Positions 1 to 12,300 of a stretch of 45,979 nucleotides of DNA are shown piece after piece. Origin of the DNA: Reclinomonas americana ATCC 50394 (lineage: Eukaryota); NCBI GenBank assembly GCA_048213135.1, contig PS015246.1:1-45979 (forward strand), given 5' to 3'. The notes under the pieces are model-generated. The model worked only from the letters and a program-made list of their open reading frames with translations, was not told the DNA's origin and made no database searches. Each line of letters opens with the position of its first letter. The stretch's first letter is position 1. Position numbers and translations under genes: made by a program.

Positions 1-215
1 TACACAGTCTACATAAGCACCTGTGATCGTTGACTTGATGATGCTGTGCCTGTGTCCTCTGCTTCATCATCATCTCCCAGAACATCGTGACTGCGAGTGC
101 GACGGTTACGCGCTCGTCGTTGCTGTTCTCCCTCCTCTGCTGTCTCGTCATCACTGGTCTCGTTGAGCACACGCAGCTCCACAGAGCCATCAATGCTCTT
201 TGCGCGTTGTGTCAT
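1..215 (-). CDS. First exon (about 21-215) of an unidentified gene continuing off the left edge
   Basis: ATG at 215, acidic/Arg-rich ORF MTQRAKSIDG..., followed by a CAG|GTGCTT donor at 20. Divergent from the PH gene. No domain recognised. Confidence 0.5.
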
Positions 216-359
216 TGAGCGAGTGTCTAGAGTGTCGCGAGCATAGAGACTGTCTCATATCAGTGTGTGTTGCAAATGAGCGGGCGACGAGTTGCGTGCA
301 TTGTGTATGGCCTCTCTGCTTGTTTACTCACTGCTTGTTAGCCTGTAAGCTCTGCTGCG

Positions 360-2306
360 ATGACATGGGTGGCTGGATTGCTTCCGGCAGTGACTGAGTC
401 CGAACAGCGGACGACACCTTCTGCTCCTCCTCCTCGCGCGGGCTTCTCCTCTGCTGCAGGTGCCTCTCTGGCCCTGTCTCTTGCACTGCGTCCTGTAGAC
501 GAAGCCGAAGAAGATGATGATGACGACGACGATGAGGAAGAGCAAGAGGAGGAAGACGAAGAAGAGGAAGAAGATGACATGCAGCAACAGGTGCCTGAGG
601 AGCAAGAGGAGGCTGTTGAGGAGGACACAGAGACACCTCCAGTTGTTACTGCTGCTGCTGCTGCTCCAGTGGCGAGTATGGGCTTTGGGCGATCGAGCTC
701 GGTGACTCCACGAGTGATCCCGAAAATCACCTCGTCGTTGATGACTGGCCTGCGCTCGTCGGTGCTTCCTGCGCGCGAGTTTGCGCTCAGTGATGGGTAT
801 ATTCGACGGCATCATGGCCTGCTGCGGTGCGCGCCTTCTGTGCAGTCGCGCTTGCTGTCTCTCGTGGTGACTGAATGCTTCGTCGTTTTGGTGTAATAGT
901 GTGAATGGTCCCGGTGGCACGTACACCATGGCGGAGCCGGAGCAGGTGCCGGGTGCGTCGGCGTTTGAGACGTGCCATGATGGGGCGGAGTTTGCGCAGT
1001 ATAGCGGCTTTCTGCGCAAGCTGTCGCACAAGAAGAGTTGCGGTGCCTCTCTCGTCCGTTCTTGTGGGCGATTTGGTGGTGTTACTCACTGTGTGTGTGT
1101 CTTTCTCCCGCCCTCCTCCTCCTCCTCCTCCTCCTCCTCCTCCTCCTTCTCCTCCTCTTTTTGTTCCTTCTTCACGTGCTCCCTTCGTCTCTTCGTTCCT
1201 TCCCTCGTTCCTCTTCCTCGTCTCCTCCTCCTTCTTCTCAATGTCCCTCCTTCCTTCCTTTGCCTCTTCCTCCTCCACTTCTTCCTTCTTCTCCTCCTCC
1301 TCGTTCCGTCGTCTTCCTTCTCCCCATCCTCCCTCCTCCTCCTCCCTCTCCACCTCTTCCTCNNNNNNNNNNNNNNNNNNNNTTCCTTCTCCTCTTCCTC
1401 TCCCTTCTCCTCCTGCTTCTTTGCACACAGCCCTTCTCGGCAAGGACAAGTGGCAGCGTCGTTTCGTGCAGGTGCACGAGCATTACATTCTGTACGCGAA
1501 GAAGCCGGGCGCGGTGCGTTGTCGTGCACCCTTCCCTCTGTCGACCCTCTATCGACTCTCAATGGAGATTGCTGACCTTCTCTTGTCTGCGCAACGCAGA
1601 CGACCCCATCGGGAGTCATTCCGCTGCTGCCCGTCGGCACCGTCAAGGAGTGCACCAAGACCGAAGGTCGATTCCGCGACTGCTTCGAGGTGGACCAGAC
1701 GACGGTGGCCGCCTCGCCCAGTGGCGCCACCGGCAGCGCCTCGGCAGTCACCATGACGACCACCACGGGATCGTCGTCGCTCTCCGGTCGCGTCGGCAAG
1801 AGCCGCTGCTTTGTTGTGCGGTCGCCAATGTCGGTGCTGAAGACGAGAACGGTGCGCCTCCCCAAGCTATAGTGCCTTGCGTAGCTCGTGCTTTAACACT
1901 ATGCCTTATGCAGGCCATTGTGACCGAGTCCACACTAGACGAACTGCTGGCCGTTTCCTGCGCAGGCGGTGACTCGTCGCCTCTGCGACCGCACCTGCTC
2001 GGCGCCCGATCGTACTACTTCCAGGCGGCCACCGAAGACGAGCGCAAGGAATGGGTCTCCGTCATCCGCAACAACCTCAGCATCACTCGAGTTGCGTGCA
2101 ACAAAAGAACAAGAGCTCGTTGTGCTGGGCACTGAACGTCGATTCGCTTGCAGGGTGGTCTATCACGTGCTGCAGCTGCTGTGCGTCAAGCCATGCAATC
2201 CGTGGCCTGTGGCGTGGAAGGCATCAACTGGCAAGCAGTTCTCGACGAGCTGTACCCACCGGTGGCTCGAGCAGCGCAGTTGGCAAGGCAAAAAGCTGCA
2301 ACGTAA
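360..2306 (+). CDS. PH-domain protein with acidic N-terminus (multi-exon)
   Basis: Spliced reading gives YSGFLRKLSHKK..LLGKDKWQRRFVQVHEHYILYAKK..PSGVIPL..FRDCFEV..RSYYFQAATEDERKEWVSVIRNN, which are the PH strands and C-terminal helix. The last exon is inferred via donor 2091 to TAA at 2304-2306. Confidence 0.8.
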
Positions 2307-2393
2307 AGTAAAGGGCGTCCGTCCTCTCGTCCTCTTCTTTATTCTTCGTTTTGATCTTCGTTTTCTCTTTGTTGGGAGAGAGCGCGTCCAGCC

Positions 2394-5300
2394 ATGGACG
2401 GGTACTTCTTCGGCAGTGCAGCTGCTGCTGTGGAGGACGCCGAGGCAGCTCGCAAAGCAGAGATTGAGCGCATTGCAGAGCATTGGGATGGTGTGTCTCT
2501 CACTCTCTCTCTCTCTCTCAGTGTCCTCTCTCTGTCTCTCACACGCGCGTGTGAGCAGCATTCAGCTTGGATGCAGTGCGAGGTGATCTCTTTGCAATGA
2601 CCACTGAGTCAGCAGAGTGGAAAGAGGCGGCAATGCAGTCGCGGAAACGACTCGGAGAGCACACTCGAGGTGTGTGTGTTCTCTCTCTCACACACACACT
2701 GTCTGCTGCCTCTCTCTCACACATGTGTGAGACACAGCATTTGCCACACTGAGCGATGCAGAGAAGCTCGGCAACGCTCTTCGCCAGTTGTTGAAAGAGT
2801 ATCAACACGAGGTCGACAGTCTCTTCAAACGCGATGTGGTGCGCCACTCACACTCACAGGGAGAGAGAGAGGAGCGCTCTCATCGTGCAAGTGCTGACTC
2901 CTGTTGCGGCCACAGAAACTATCGCAGTTCGTCATTGAGTTGTACGGAAAGCTGAGGGATCTTCCGGATCCGACAGTGGCTGTCAGTGTCGCGCGAATGC
3001 AGTATGATGGGGGATCGTTCATTGCGAGAGCGTTGGGCGGAAGCAGTAGTGGGGCGGCGGGTGCTGCGTCGGCTGAGGTGGCGCAGCTGCGACGGACGGC
3101 GACCGATCTGCAGGCGCAGGTGGAGCGCATGGAGAGTGAGTTGAATGCGGTGCATGAGCGACACGCGGCAGCGGTGATGCATGAGGTGTGCGCGTGTGTG
3201 TGTGATAGAGGATGTCGCAGGGAGTGTGTCTTGGAATGGCTCACTGCGTTGGGAGCAGCGCGAGGAGGCTGTGCGAGTGGCGCAGGCGTCGTGGGCGGAG
3301 AAGAGCAAGCTGAATGAGCAGGAACACTTGCAGCGGGAGCAGTCGCTGTTGCGTGATGATGTTAGTGCGCTGTGAAAGGGGGAAGAGGCGCAGCTGAGTG
3401 GCAAGTGTTGGTGGACAGGTATACACAGCTGAATGAGTTGCAGCGGGAGTGTGCCGACTTGCGGCAGACGCAGGATCGGGTGAGTGCACAGGCGTTGGAT
3501 GCGCGCACTCGGCTCGAGTCGCAAATGGCCATCAAGGATCGCGAGGCCGAGTATCTGCGTGAGGAGGTGGAGCGGCTGCAGCAGCAGCTGGAGGAGGCGT
3601 TGCATGCGTCGCGTAGCTCGGCCGCCACCGCCGCTGCCTCGCAGTACTCTGCGGCGGCCATGCATGAGCAGTCGCTGCAGATGGAATGTTGCGTGGATGT
3701 GGATGGTCACGTGTGTGCCGCACTCTCTGCTAACCGCCGACCGCAGTGGACCAGAGGAGAGCCGAGGTCTCCAATCTGGAGTCGCAGTTGGATGCGGCCG
3801 AGAAGGAGCTCAGGGAACGGACACAGAGAGCACAAGCCGAACGCACCGAGTGGGAGACGCGGTTGCGAGAGACGCAGGCACAATTGCGCGCCGCAGAGAA
3901 GGAGGTGTGCGCGTGTGGGCGAGGGGCAGGGAGTGTGCTCTTGCTTACGCCGTCACAGATCCACAGCCTTGTCGTGAAACTGCGACTCTTGTCACCCGAG
4001 GACGGTGACGAGAGTGCGGCCATTGCCGATATTCGCGCATCATCACTGGAGAATATGTTGTCGAGCAAGAACCGTCGGTTGCTGGCCGAGAACACGCAGC
4101 TCAAGGTTTGTTTTCGGGACGCACGCTCTTGTCGCTAATGTGCGCTGACTTATCCTGTTCCAGTTGCGAGTGCAAGAGCTGATAACCGACGGTGACGAGC
4201 TGCGCTTGCAATTGGGCGCGGCCAACGAAGCCGCGCAGTCGTACAAGGCTCAAATCGCCACACTCGAGGCACAAGTGCAGCGGCTGCTGTCGTCGTCGAA
4301 TCCCTCGTCGCCGACGGCCGCCGGAGCTCGAAGTGCAGTGGGATCGTTGTCGGTATGTGGTTGAAAAGGGAAAAGCACGTGCAATGTTTTTCACTCAAAA
4401 AGTTTCTTTCTGCGTGCAGAACCGTGTGGCCCCGTCAGACAATGACGACGCGGAGTCCACGAGCGGCAGCATCCTCCTGCAGGCCCTCGATGGCGACGGT
4501 GTTGCATCGTCGCCTGTCCACTCTCCACGTTGCGTCGAGACAGTTTTTCTTGTTTGCGAGTGCGTTGCTTTCTCACTCACTCGCTGTGATGCGCGCAGTG
4601 TCGGACTTTGGTTCGACGACTGCGTCACCACCACGGGCTGCACCGGTGCGCTGCGGTTGTACTTCCTGCTTCTTTGCTCATTTCCTGACTCGTTCCACCA
4701 GGCGGATCCACCCAACTCACGGCGTGCAGCAGCCCCTGCTGGCCCGGCAGCCGACAGTGCCATTGTGAATACCATTGCACAGCAGCGTGATCGCCTGCGT
4801 GAGAAGAATCAGGATCTGGAGCAGGTGCTGAGCTCGCATTCGACTTCCCAGCCTGCGAAGCCCTCACTCACTGTGCATCACAGCAAGTGGAGTCGCTCCA
4901 GCAGCAAGTGCGTGCCAAGGGTCGCGAGATTGTGGCACTGACGGAAGACAACATTCGGTTGTACGAGCAGCTGCGCTTTGCGCGGTCGGCCACCAGCAAG
5001 GTGAGAGCGCGCACTGCTGCATGCAGTCCCTCCCTCGCCGCCACTGACCTATTGCGTGGGCAGGACGACGACGACAGCGAAGCAGGTGGAAGTGGGTCGG
5101 CATCCTCTGCTGCCGCGGCTGGACTCAATCGGAGAGGCACCGGTGCACCTGACATGGAGGCCAAGTATGCAGCCATATATGAGCATCGCCTCGATCCGTT
5201 TGCCGCATTCCACCAAAAGGTTTATGCGTGATGCAGTGTTGGGTGGCTGGAGAACGCCTGGGAACTCATCCCCTTTTCTCTCGCACGCGCACAGGAGCGA

Positions 5301-5571
5301 GAGCGACGTATCGCTTCACAAGGAGCCGCCGATCGGGTGGTTTTCAAAGCAAGCGAGATATTCCTCTCGAGCCGCGTGGCCCGCCTGTTTCTGCTGGGCT
5401 GTTGCGTGACTGCAGCTCTCCCTTCTTTATGTTTCCCGGTGCCCATCATGTTGCGCAGATGCCCTGCTTCTGCATCTGCTGGTTGGCGTGACGCTGTATT
5501 CATACATGCTCGGCGGTGCCGGGAGCAGAAGAGGTGGTGGTGGTGGCGGCGGTGTGGGAGGAGGGGGATAA
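2394..5571 (+). CDS. COY1: Golgin CASP / Coy1 (CUX1-related tail-anchored golgin), about 16 exons
   Basis: N-terminal SRKRLGEHTR..LLKEYQHEVDSL..LYGKLRDLPDP, long coiled coil, CASP_C motifs QRDRLREKN, DNIRLYEQLRF and YEHRLDPFAAF, and C-terminal TMD GYALLLHLLV with the characteristic Tyr and His. Confidence 0.9.
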
Positions 5572-5611
5572 CGAGTACAACAATGATAATAGATTGTTCT
5601 TTACACGCGGA

Positions 5612-7351
5612 TCACCAGTCGCCACCGCCTCCGTCAAAGCCAGAGCCACCGCCAAAGTCAACGTCATAGCTGGAGCTGAAACTCGACTCGACCGACGCAC
5701 CACCACTGTCGTCGCCGCTGCCGAACCAAGACGACGAGGAGGCGGCTTCCACGCCGGAAAAGTCTCCCACGACCGCTGTTCCATGATGATGATGAGCGAC
5801 GACATACACGCGCTGCTGCTGCTGCTGCGGGGAAGCGGAAAGCTCACCTCCCGGATACTGCACGTGAAGACTGTCGAGTGCCAGGTGATACCACACATCT
5901 GCAAAGCGCGCCTCCGTGTACACTCCGCTGCCGCTGGCTTGCTGGTCACTGCAACGGAAAAGGCAAGATGAGCAGGCGTCAAGAAACGGTCGGAAAGCCA
6001 CGCCCCTCACCTCGAGTCCTCCGCAGCCTGCTGCTTGCCACCCGAGTCGTCCTCGCTGTCGAGGCCACGGTGATCGAATTCTCGCGGCCGCGGCCGGCGG
6101 CACGCCGGGCACTCGTCCTTGCGCTGCAGCCAGTCGCTGATGCACTTGCGGTGGAAGCGATGACCGCAGCTGAGTGTCTCCGCATCGTTGTCTCGTGCCT
6201 CCTGCGGCGGCTGTGGCGGATGTGGCTGCTCCTGCGCTTCCGACTCGGGACTCGGCGAGAAATCGTCCAAGCAAATGGCACACGTGGTGCACTGCTGCCG
6301 CCCGCGTTCCTCCATCTCCAGTCGCAGCTTCTCCAGCTTCTCCTTGGTGGCCCTGCGCAACACAGTCAGTTGGCGATGAGGCACATTCCCCTCGGTGGCG
6401 ACGCAACTGGTAACGAGCCAATCGCTGCCGCCGGCGATACCACCGGCACGGGTACGTCACGAGCTTCGGCAGCAACACAATGCCCACCACCAGCAACAAC
6501 GGCAGCACATTCTCCAAGAACCACGGCAGGGCGGTGGAGCTAAACCACGACTGTGCATGCGTCTTGTTCTCGCGCAACAACGCCACCATTTGCCGCACCA
6601 GCTTCTCCACGCCCGCGTCGTGCTCGCCTCGTCGCATCTCCGGCTTGATGCTGTCGACCAGCTGCGAGGCCATGCTGCTGGAGATCACCTGCGACGTTTG
6701 ATCTGCACGCATCGAGTCAGCTGCCTGCTGATTGTTCCGATCGAGCTGCAGCAGACGACGCAACGGCCAGTGGAGATGTACGCCTTGCGGTTCTCAATGG
6801 CCACCAACACCACAGCACCATTCTGGCACTCTTTGCGTCCCACACCCCACAGATCGTGCACCTTGCGGGCAAAGTCGTCCGACGACCAGTCTTCATGCAA
6901 TCGGCGAATGACCACCACTGCCACCTCGTAGCCGGCTTTCCCATCGCCACATTCGTGCTGATGATCGCGGTTCAGTGCACTGAGCATCCAGTCGATGCGG
7001 AAGGCACTGGAGGGCGACAGAACGGCGTCTGGGTTGGAGAGCCAGCGCGGAAGCCGCTCTTCCAACTCGTTCACATCTGTGCAATGCGAAATGAGCTGTC
7101 AGACGGCAGACAACTCATGTGTGAGAGAGAGGGTGTGACACGCAACGCTGCTCTTGCTCCTCTTCTGGGAGGCTCTTCCACTGATCGCGGATGGGTGCAA
7201 AGTCTGGAGGAACTCGCCGGAGACCGCATTTGCCGGGTTCCTTCTTGGGGTGGCCGACCGAGTGCGGTGTGTGTGAGGCAGTCACTAATGCAGTGAAGGC
7301 CAGGAGCAGGAGCAAGGCACATAGGGCAGAGGCACGGGCGAGTCGCACCAT
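5612..7351 (-). CDS. Signal peptide + TPM domain + TM + RING-H2 + Gly-rich tail, paralog 1
   Basis: Hydrophobic N-terminus. TPM motifs EVAVVVI, FARKVHDLWGVGRKECQNGAVVLVAIENRKAYISTG. TM LPLLLVVGIVLL. RING CAICL...CGHRFHRKCISDW...CPAC. Ends DFGGGSGFDGGGGDW. Confidence 0.85.
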
Positions 7352-7488
7352 TGCTCTCAGAGAACAAAGACAGGAGCGAATGACCAAATGGAGGACACGT
7401 GGACAACTCAAGCCACGTCGCACGGCGTTCCTTTCCCTTTCTTTTCACTTCGTTTTACTGTACAACGTCGCACTAGTGTGGTAGCTGC

Positions 7489-9262
7489 TCACCACGATCC
7501 GCCGCCACCACCAAAGCTGACACCGCCGGCGAATTTCGCCGCAGAGCTCAGCCAATTGGTGCCTCCGCTGCTGCTGGTGCCACCTGCTCCTCGGCGGGTG
7601 CCACTGCCCGAGTGCATCCACGAGAAGGAACGGCTGTGCCAGTCCAGAATGTGACCCGTTCCGTGGCCCGGGTAGCGCACGTGCAGGTTGCTCATGGCCA
7701 GATCGTGCCACGTCTCGGCAAAGGTGGCGGCCTGCACCACGCCGCTGCCCGACGCGCCTTCCCTGCAAGGAACACGAGATGTGAGTACAGGCCGCCACCT
7801 TTGCCGAGACTTGGCGACACGCGCAACTGCTTGCCCGAGGGCGAGTTATGATCGTCGAGTCCGCGGCCGTCAAACTCGCGTGGTCGCGGGCGGCGGCACG
7901 CCGGGCACTCGTTCTTGCGATCGAGCCACTCGCTGATGCAGCTGTGGTGGAACCGATGGCCGCAGTTCAGCGTCTCCGGTCGCTCGTTCTCATTCACGCG
8001 TGCGCTGTTCTCGTCACCGTCATCTGCACCTCGAGTCAGTGGTGTCGTTCACCGCAGAGAAGAGGATAAACGCCTGCAAGCACGCAACGACCCTCCAGCG
8101 CGTCGGTGCCCGGCAAGAACTCGCCGAGGCAAATAGCGCACATGCCGCACCAGTCGCGCCCGCGATTCTCCATCTCACTGCGCAGCTTGTCGAGCTTCTC
8201 CTTGGTGGCCCGATAGCGTGCCATACGACGCCGCCGCATAAACCACGCGCACGGGTACGTCACCAGTGCCGCCAATCCACAAAACGCAAAGCACACCAGT
8301 GGCAGCAACACGAGCGGCGTCAACACCAAGAAGAAGCCATTGACAATGGTCGCAATGAGGCGCGGCAACCACATGATGGCGCTCCACAGCATGCTCTCCT
8401 GCTCGTTGGCCTCCAACAGCACTGCAATCGACTCCACCAGCTTCTCCACGCCAACATCGTACTGTCGCGCCCGCATGTACGGCTTGATATCGTCGATCAG
8501 CGACGAGGCCTTGGAGTCGGAGATCACCAGCGATGTTTGATCTACACAAGACTGCTGGTCAGGCATGTGCATAGTGAGAAGAGTCGGAGGTGTGCACGCG
8601 CGCAACATCCAGTGGACACAAACGCCGATCGATCGTCGATCGCCACCAGCACCAGTGCGCCATTCTGACACGTCTTCTGGCCCACACCCCACAGATCGTG
8701 CACCTTGCGAGCATACGACTCGGCCGACCACCTGGACGGCAGTTGCCGGACCACAACAACAGCCACCTGTACGAGACAGACAAGACAGACACGTGTTATG
8801 CTTGCGACTCGCGTACACAGGTTGATCGCATGCACGCCACGCCACACACCTCGTATCCCTTCAACTCGCCCCCGCAATCATGCGGGTGCTCCTGATAGAG
8901 CGTCGACAGCATCCAGTCGATGCGGAAGACGCTTTGTGGCGAGAGCACTGCGTCCGGATTCGACACCCATCGCGGCAACGCAGACTCGACCTCCTCTGTA
9001 GGCGGACACGTGTCACACACACACACACAGACTGAGCATTGCCTCTCGTACACACTCAGGCGCAACGATAGACTCGCGCAGTCTCTTTAGCACTCTTCCC
9101 GCTCACTCGCGCGCGGAGTGGCGCGAAATCAGCAGGCACTGCGCGCGCACTCAACGACGACTTTGACTCTTTCGGGTTGGGCAGTGCCTCGGGCGCGTAT
9201 TTTCCCGCGCAGCTGCTGACAACCACAAGCAGTAGCAGAAGAAGAGAGAGCAGAAGCCGCAT
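7489..9262 (-). CDS. Signal peptide + TPM domain + TM + RING-H2 + Gly-rich tail, paralog 2
   Basis: MRLLLSLLLLLLVV signal, ARKVHDLWGVGQKTCQNGALVLVAIDDR, a longer hydrophobic segment, CAICL...CGHRFHHSCISEW..CPACR, ends FAGGVSFGGGGGSW. Collinear with paralog 1. Confidence 0.85.
7707..7815. repeat. 31-bp inverted repeat (arms 7707-7737 and 7785-7815)
   Basis: gccacgtctcggcaaaggtggcggcctgcac versus the reverse complement gccaagtctcggcaaaggtggcggcctgtac: 29/31 identical. Confidence 0.95.
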
Positions 9263-9337
9263 TTGCTCTCTCACGAAAAGTGTGACAAGTGTCGTGTATG
9301 ACAGGATGTGCCGGATTTCTGCTCTCACGTGCTGCTC

Positions 9338-12300
9338 ATGGGCCGACGTCGCGTCTCAACGCAGGTTCGCTCCCGTATGCACTCCACACACCACTGCGCG
9401 CGTGCATGACGCGCATCCGCGCCAACCGGGGCGCGGGCCATGGCAATGTCACTCACACTCTCTCTCACACACACGCACGCACACACAGGAGCGTGCTGCA
9501 GTGGTGGAGCGGCCTGGTGATGCAGCAGTCAGTGTGCCTGCGGAGCTGTTGGCGCGCGCGAGTGCATTGGATCAGCGGCGACCAATCGGCTTGTCTGCGC
9601 GACTCGGGCATCACACGTTTGCGGCGCAAGTCGAGGCCTTGAAAGCTCTTGGTGTGTGTGAGAGAGAGAGAGAAGAAGAGAGAGAGAGAGAGTGTGTGTG
9701 ATTGAATGAGCATTTTTTCTGCAGAGAGTGCTCTTGTCGATGCCAGTGACTCTGAGTGGAGACACGATGCCTTGTCGCTGTTTGCTGAGCTGCTGGTGGC
9801 GCCCGAGTGCATGCCGCATCGGAGCACGCTTTCGCGACTGTCACAGTCGGTGGTCGGCGATTCGTGGTTTCGTGAGTGCGTGCAGTCGGCTGTGCAGCAG
9901 CTGGCGGGGCGTTTGATGCGCGAGGCTGCGGAGGATCGCGAGGAGGAGACGGGCGAGGCGCGCAGTCGTGCGTTCCGCTCGTTGGTGCAGTTGCTCGGGT
10001 TTGCGCATTTGAGGTTGTTGGTGCTCGATAAGGAGGTGTTGGCGTCGGTGGTGGAGTCGTCGGCGGCGCGCGCACTGGCCGAGGTGTGTGGTGGAGGAGG
10101 AGGAGAGAGAGGGAGGCGAAGGAAGACGGGACAAGAAGAAGAAGAAGGAGAAGAGAAGAAGAAGAAGAAGGAAGAGAAGAAGAACAAGAACCTGCGTAGC
10201 ACGCAAAGAGACAATAGGAAAGACAAGAGGAACGCGGGAACACAGAGAGTAAGGTGGGATGTGGGAAAGAAGGAACAGCAGAAGAGTTGAAGGAGAACAG
10301 CCACCGTCAGCTTAAGCATCGGCTTGTCGCGAATGTGCACTCACGGGCGCGCAGGTGGCTGCTCACGAGGTGATTGCGCTCGGTGCGCTGTGTCATGCCG
10401 GTCGCTCGGCGGCCGTGTCGCGGTGTCAGCGTGTGCAGGCTTGCATGCAGACGCTGTGCTTTCTTGTGCTGCGAGTGGCAGACGATGCTGCTGCGGCGGA
10501 GCCCGTGAGCACGCTGGTGCTGCTCGCCGTGCAAGTGACGGCTCTGCTGCAGGCCATTGGCTACATTTTGCGCTGCGAGAGCGTGACGGGTGATTTGCAG
10601 GGCGCCGGTGCCACACTGGCCGCTCGGTTGCTGTGCGTGTCGGCTCCGCATCTCAGTGAGACGCAAGTGCTCGCCTCGCTCTTCTTCCCGACGGAGATGG
10701 GTGGCTCGTTGGTGCACGTGGAGTTGCGCGATGCGGTGGAATCCGCCGGCTTCCTGTCGTCGCTCGAGTCGTCGCCACCATCGTCGCTGTTTTGGGTGTG
10801 GCGTGCCATTATTGTGGAGATTCCAGTGCTCGATGTCTTGTCGCCACTCAGGTGCGACGACGCAGTACTGGCTTGTCGCTCTCGTTTTGCCGTTTTGCCT
10901 GATCTCCATTTATATCAATGCGCAGTGCGACTGACAACCGGGCGGTGCTCACCGACGTGTGCCTGCCGCGCATTCTCGACACCATGAGTCGCCCGTTGCA
11001 CACTTCCCACCGCATTCAGTGCGTTCGTGTGCTGGTGGCGTTGCTCAACAAGACTGCCGGGGCGGTGACGGCGCTCAAGCGACGAGGTACGAATGCAGGA
11101 AATGCTGGTTGTGGGCGAAGCGATTTGCTTATGATTTTCATTGCGCAGATTCTCTTACCCGCGCGGCCTCCAAGCAATGTGTGTTCTCGCTGTCTGCGTC
11201 TCTGTCGGCCATCCTGCGGGTGATCCACGAGAGCGCCGAGGATGCCGATCGCGGTGTCAATGAGGCGGTGAGTGTTGCCGACACGTGGGTGGCGGTGCCG
11301 TCTCTCACACCTTCCTTCCTTCTCATGAAATAGGCCGCGGTGTTGTTCGAGGCATTGGTGCAAGCCGACGCGTTGTTGGAGAATCTCTTGCTGCCACTGG
11401 ATCAGATTGTGCAGGAGTTGCTGCGTGGAGACTGGCTCAAGAAGGGCATCTATGCGCTCATGGCGGTGTTGGTGCGCGAGCGTGGTGTGAGTCCACTGCT
11501 GGCCGCCTGTCCGGATCTCCTGACGCGACTGTATGAGATGTCGTGGTGCGTGACGCTTGCTGAACATCGTCGATCCCTTTGTCGATGTCGGTCTAATCTG
11601 CACTCGCTGCGGCGCGTAGGCACAATGCCGTGGTCAGTCTGGCCAGTGAGGTCACGCACCGCAGCGCACAGTCGCTGGTGACCGAGCTCGAAACGACGCA
11701 CAGCTCTGCCTCGAAGGTGATTCGCACTCGCACTTTTCCGTTGTATTTCGTGTGCGCTGACGTGTGCGATAGGAGGAGCGCCACGCGATCTGGTGCAGCC
11801 AAGTGATCGCACCGCTGCTGCTGGTGCTGTTGCAGTCTCATGGATTGATACGTGACGGGATCATCACCTACGTGCAACGACTCGCGCGTGTGTTCATGCC
11901 ATCCATTCGCGAAATGCTGCGTGTGCTGCGCACGGGCGAGCTTCCGGCACCGTGGTGTGCGCATCTTCCCGACGTTGCGTACCCAGCTGCGCGTGTGAGT
12001 GTGTGTGTGCGTTATCCTGGCGCTCACCGACTTGTAGGGAGGTGCCAAGCTGCGCGGCCTGTTGACGTCGGACACGGTGCTGCCGCGTGTGCGTGCAGTG
12101 GTGTACGCGCTGCGGTGTTGTCGTGAGCAGGGTGTGTTGCGGACAGGTAGCATCGGCAACAGTGTTGACAAGGGTCAGTGTGTGATCCAAAACCCGCTCC
12201 GTGTGCATGCGTTGATGATCACTGTGAACCAATTGCAGATGAATACCTGCCGTACTCGTGGCTGCGTGCGGCGCTGGTCAGTGCCGACATGTATCTGGCG

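Noticed and set aside
3348-5460. Reading the GTTGCG donors as non-canonical G|TT introns
   Set aside because: Shifting both ends by 1 nt loses the terminal AG and turns conserved Tyr codons (CASP TMD, TPM TGY) into Cys.
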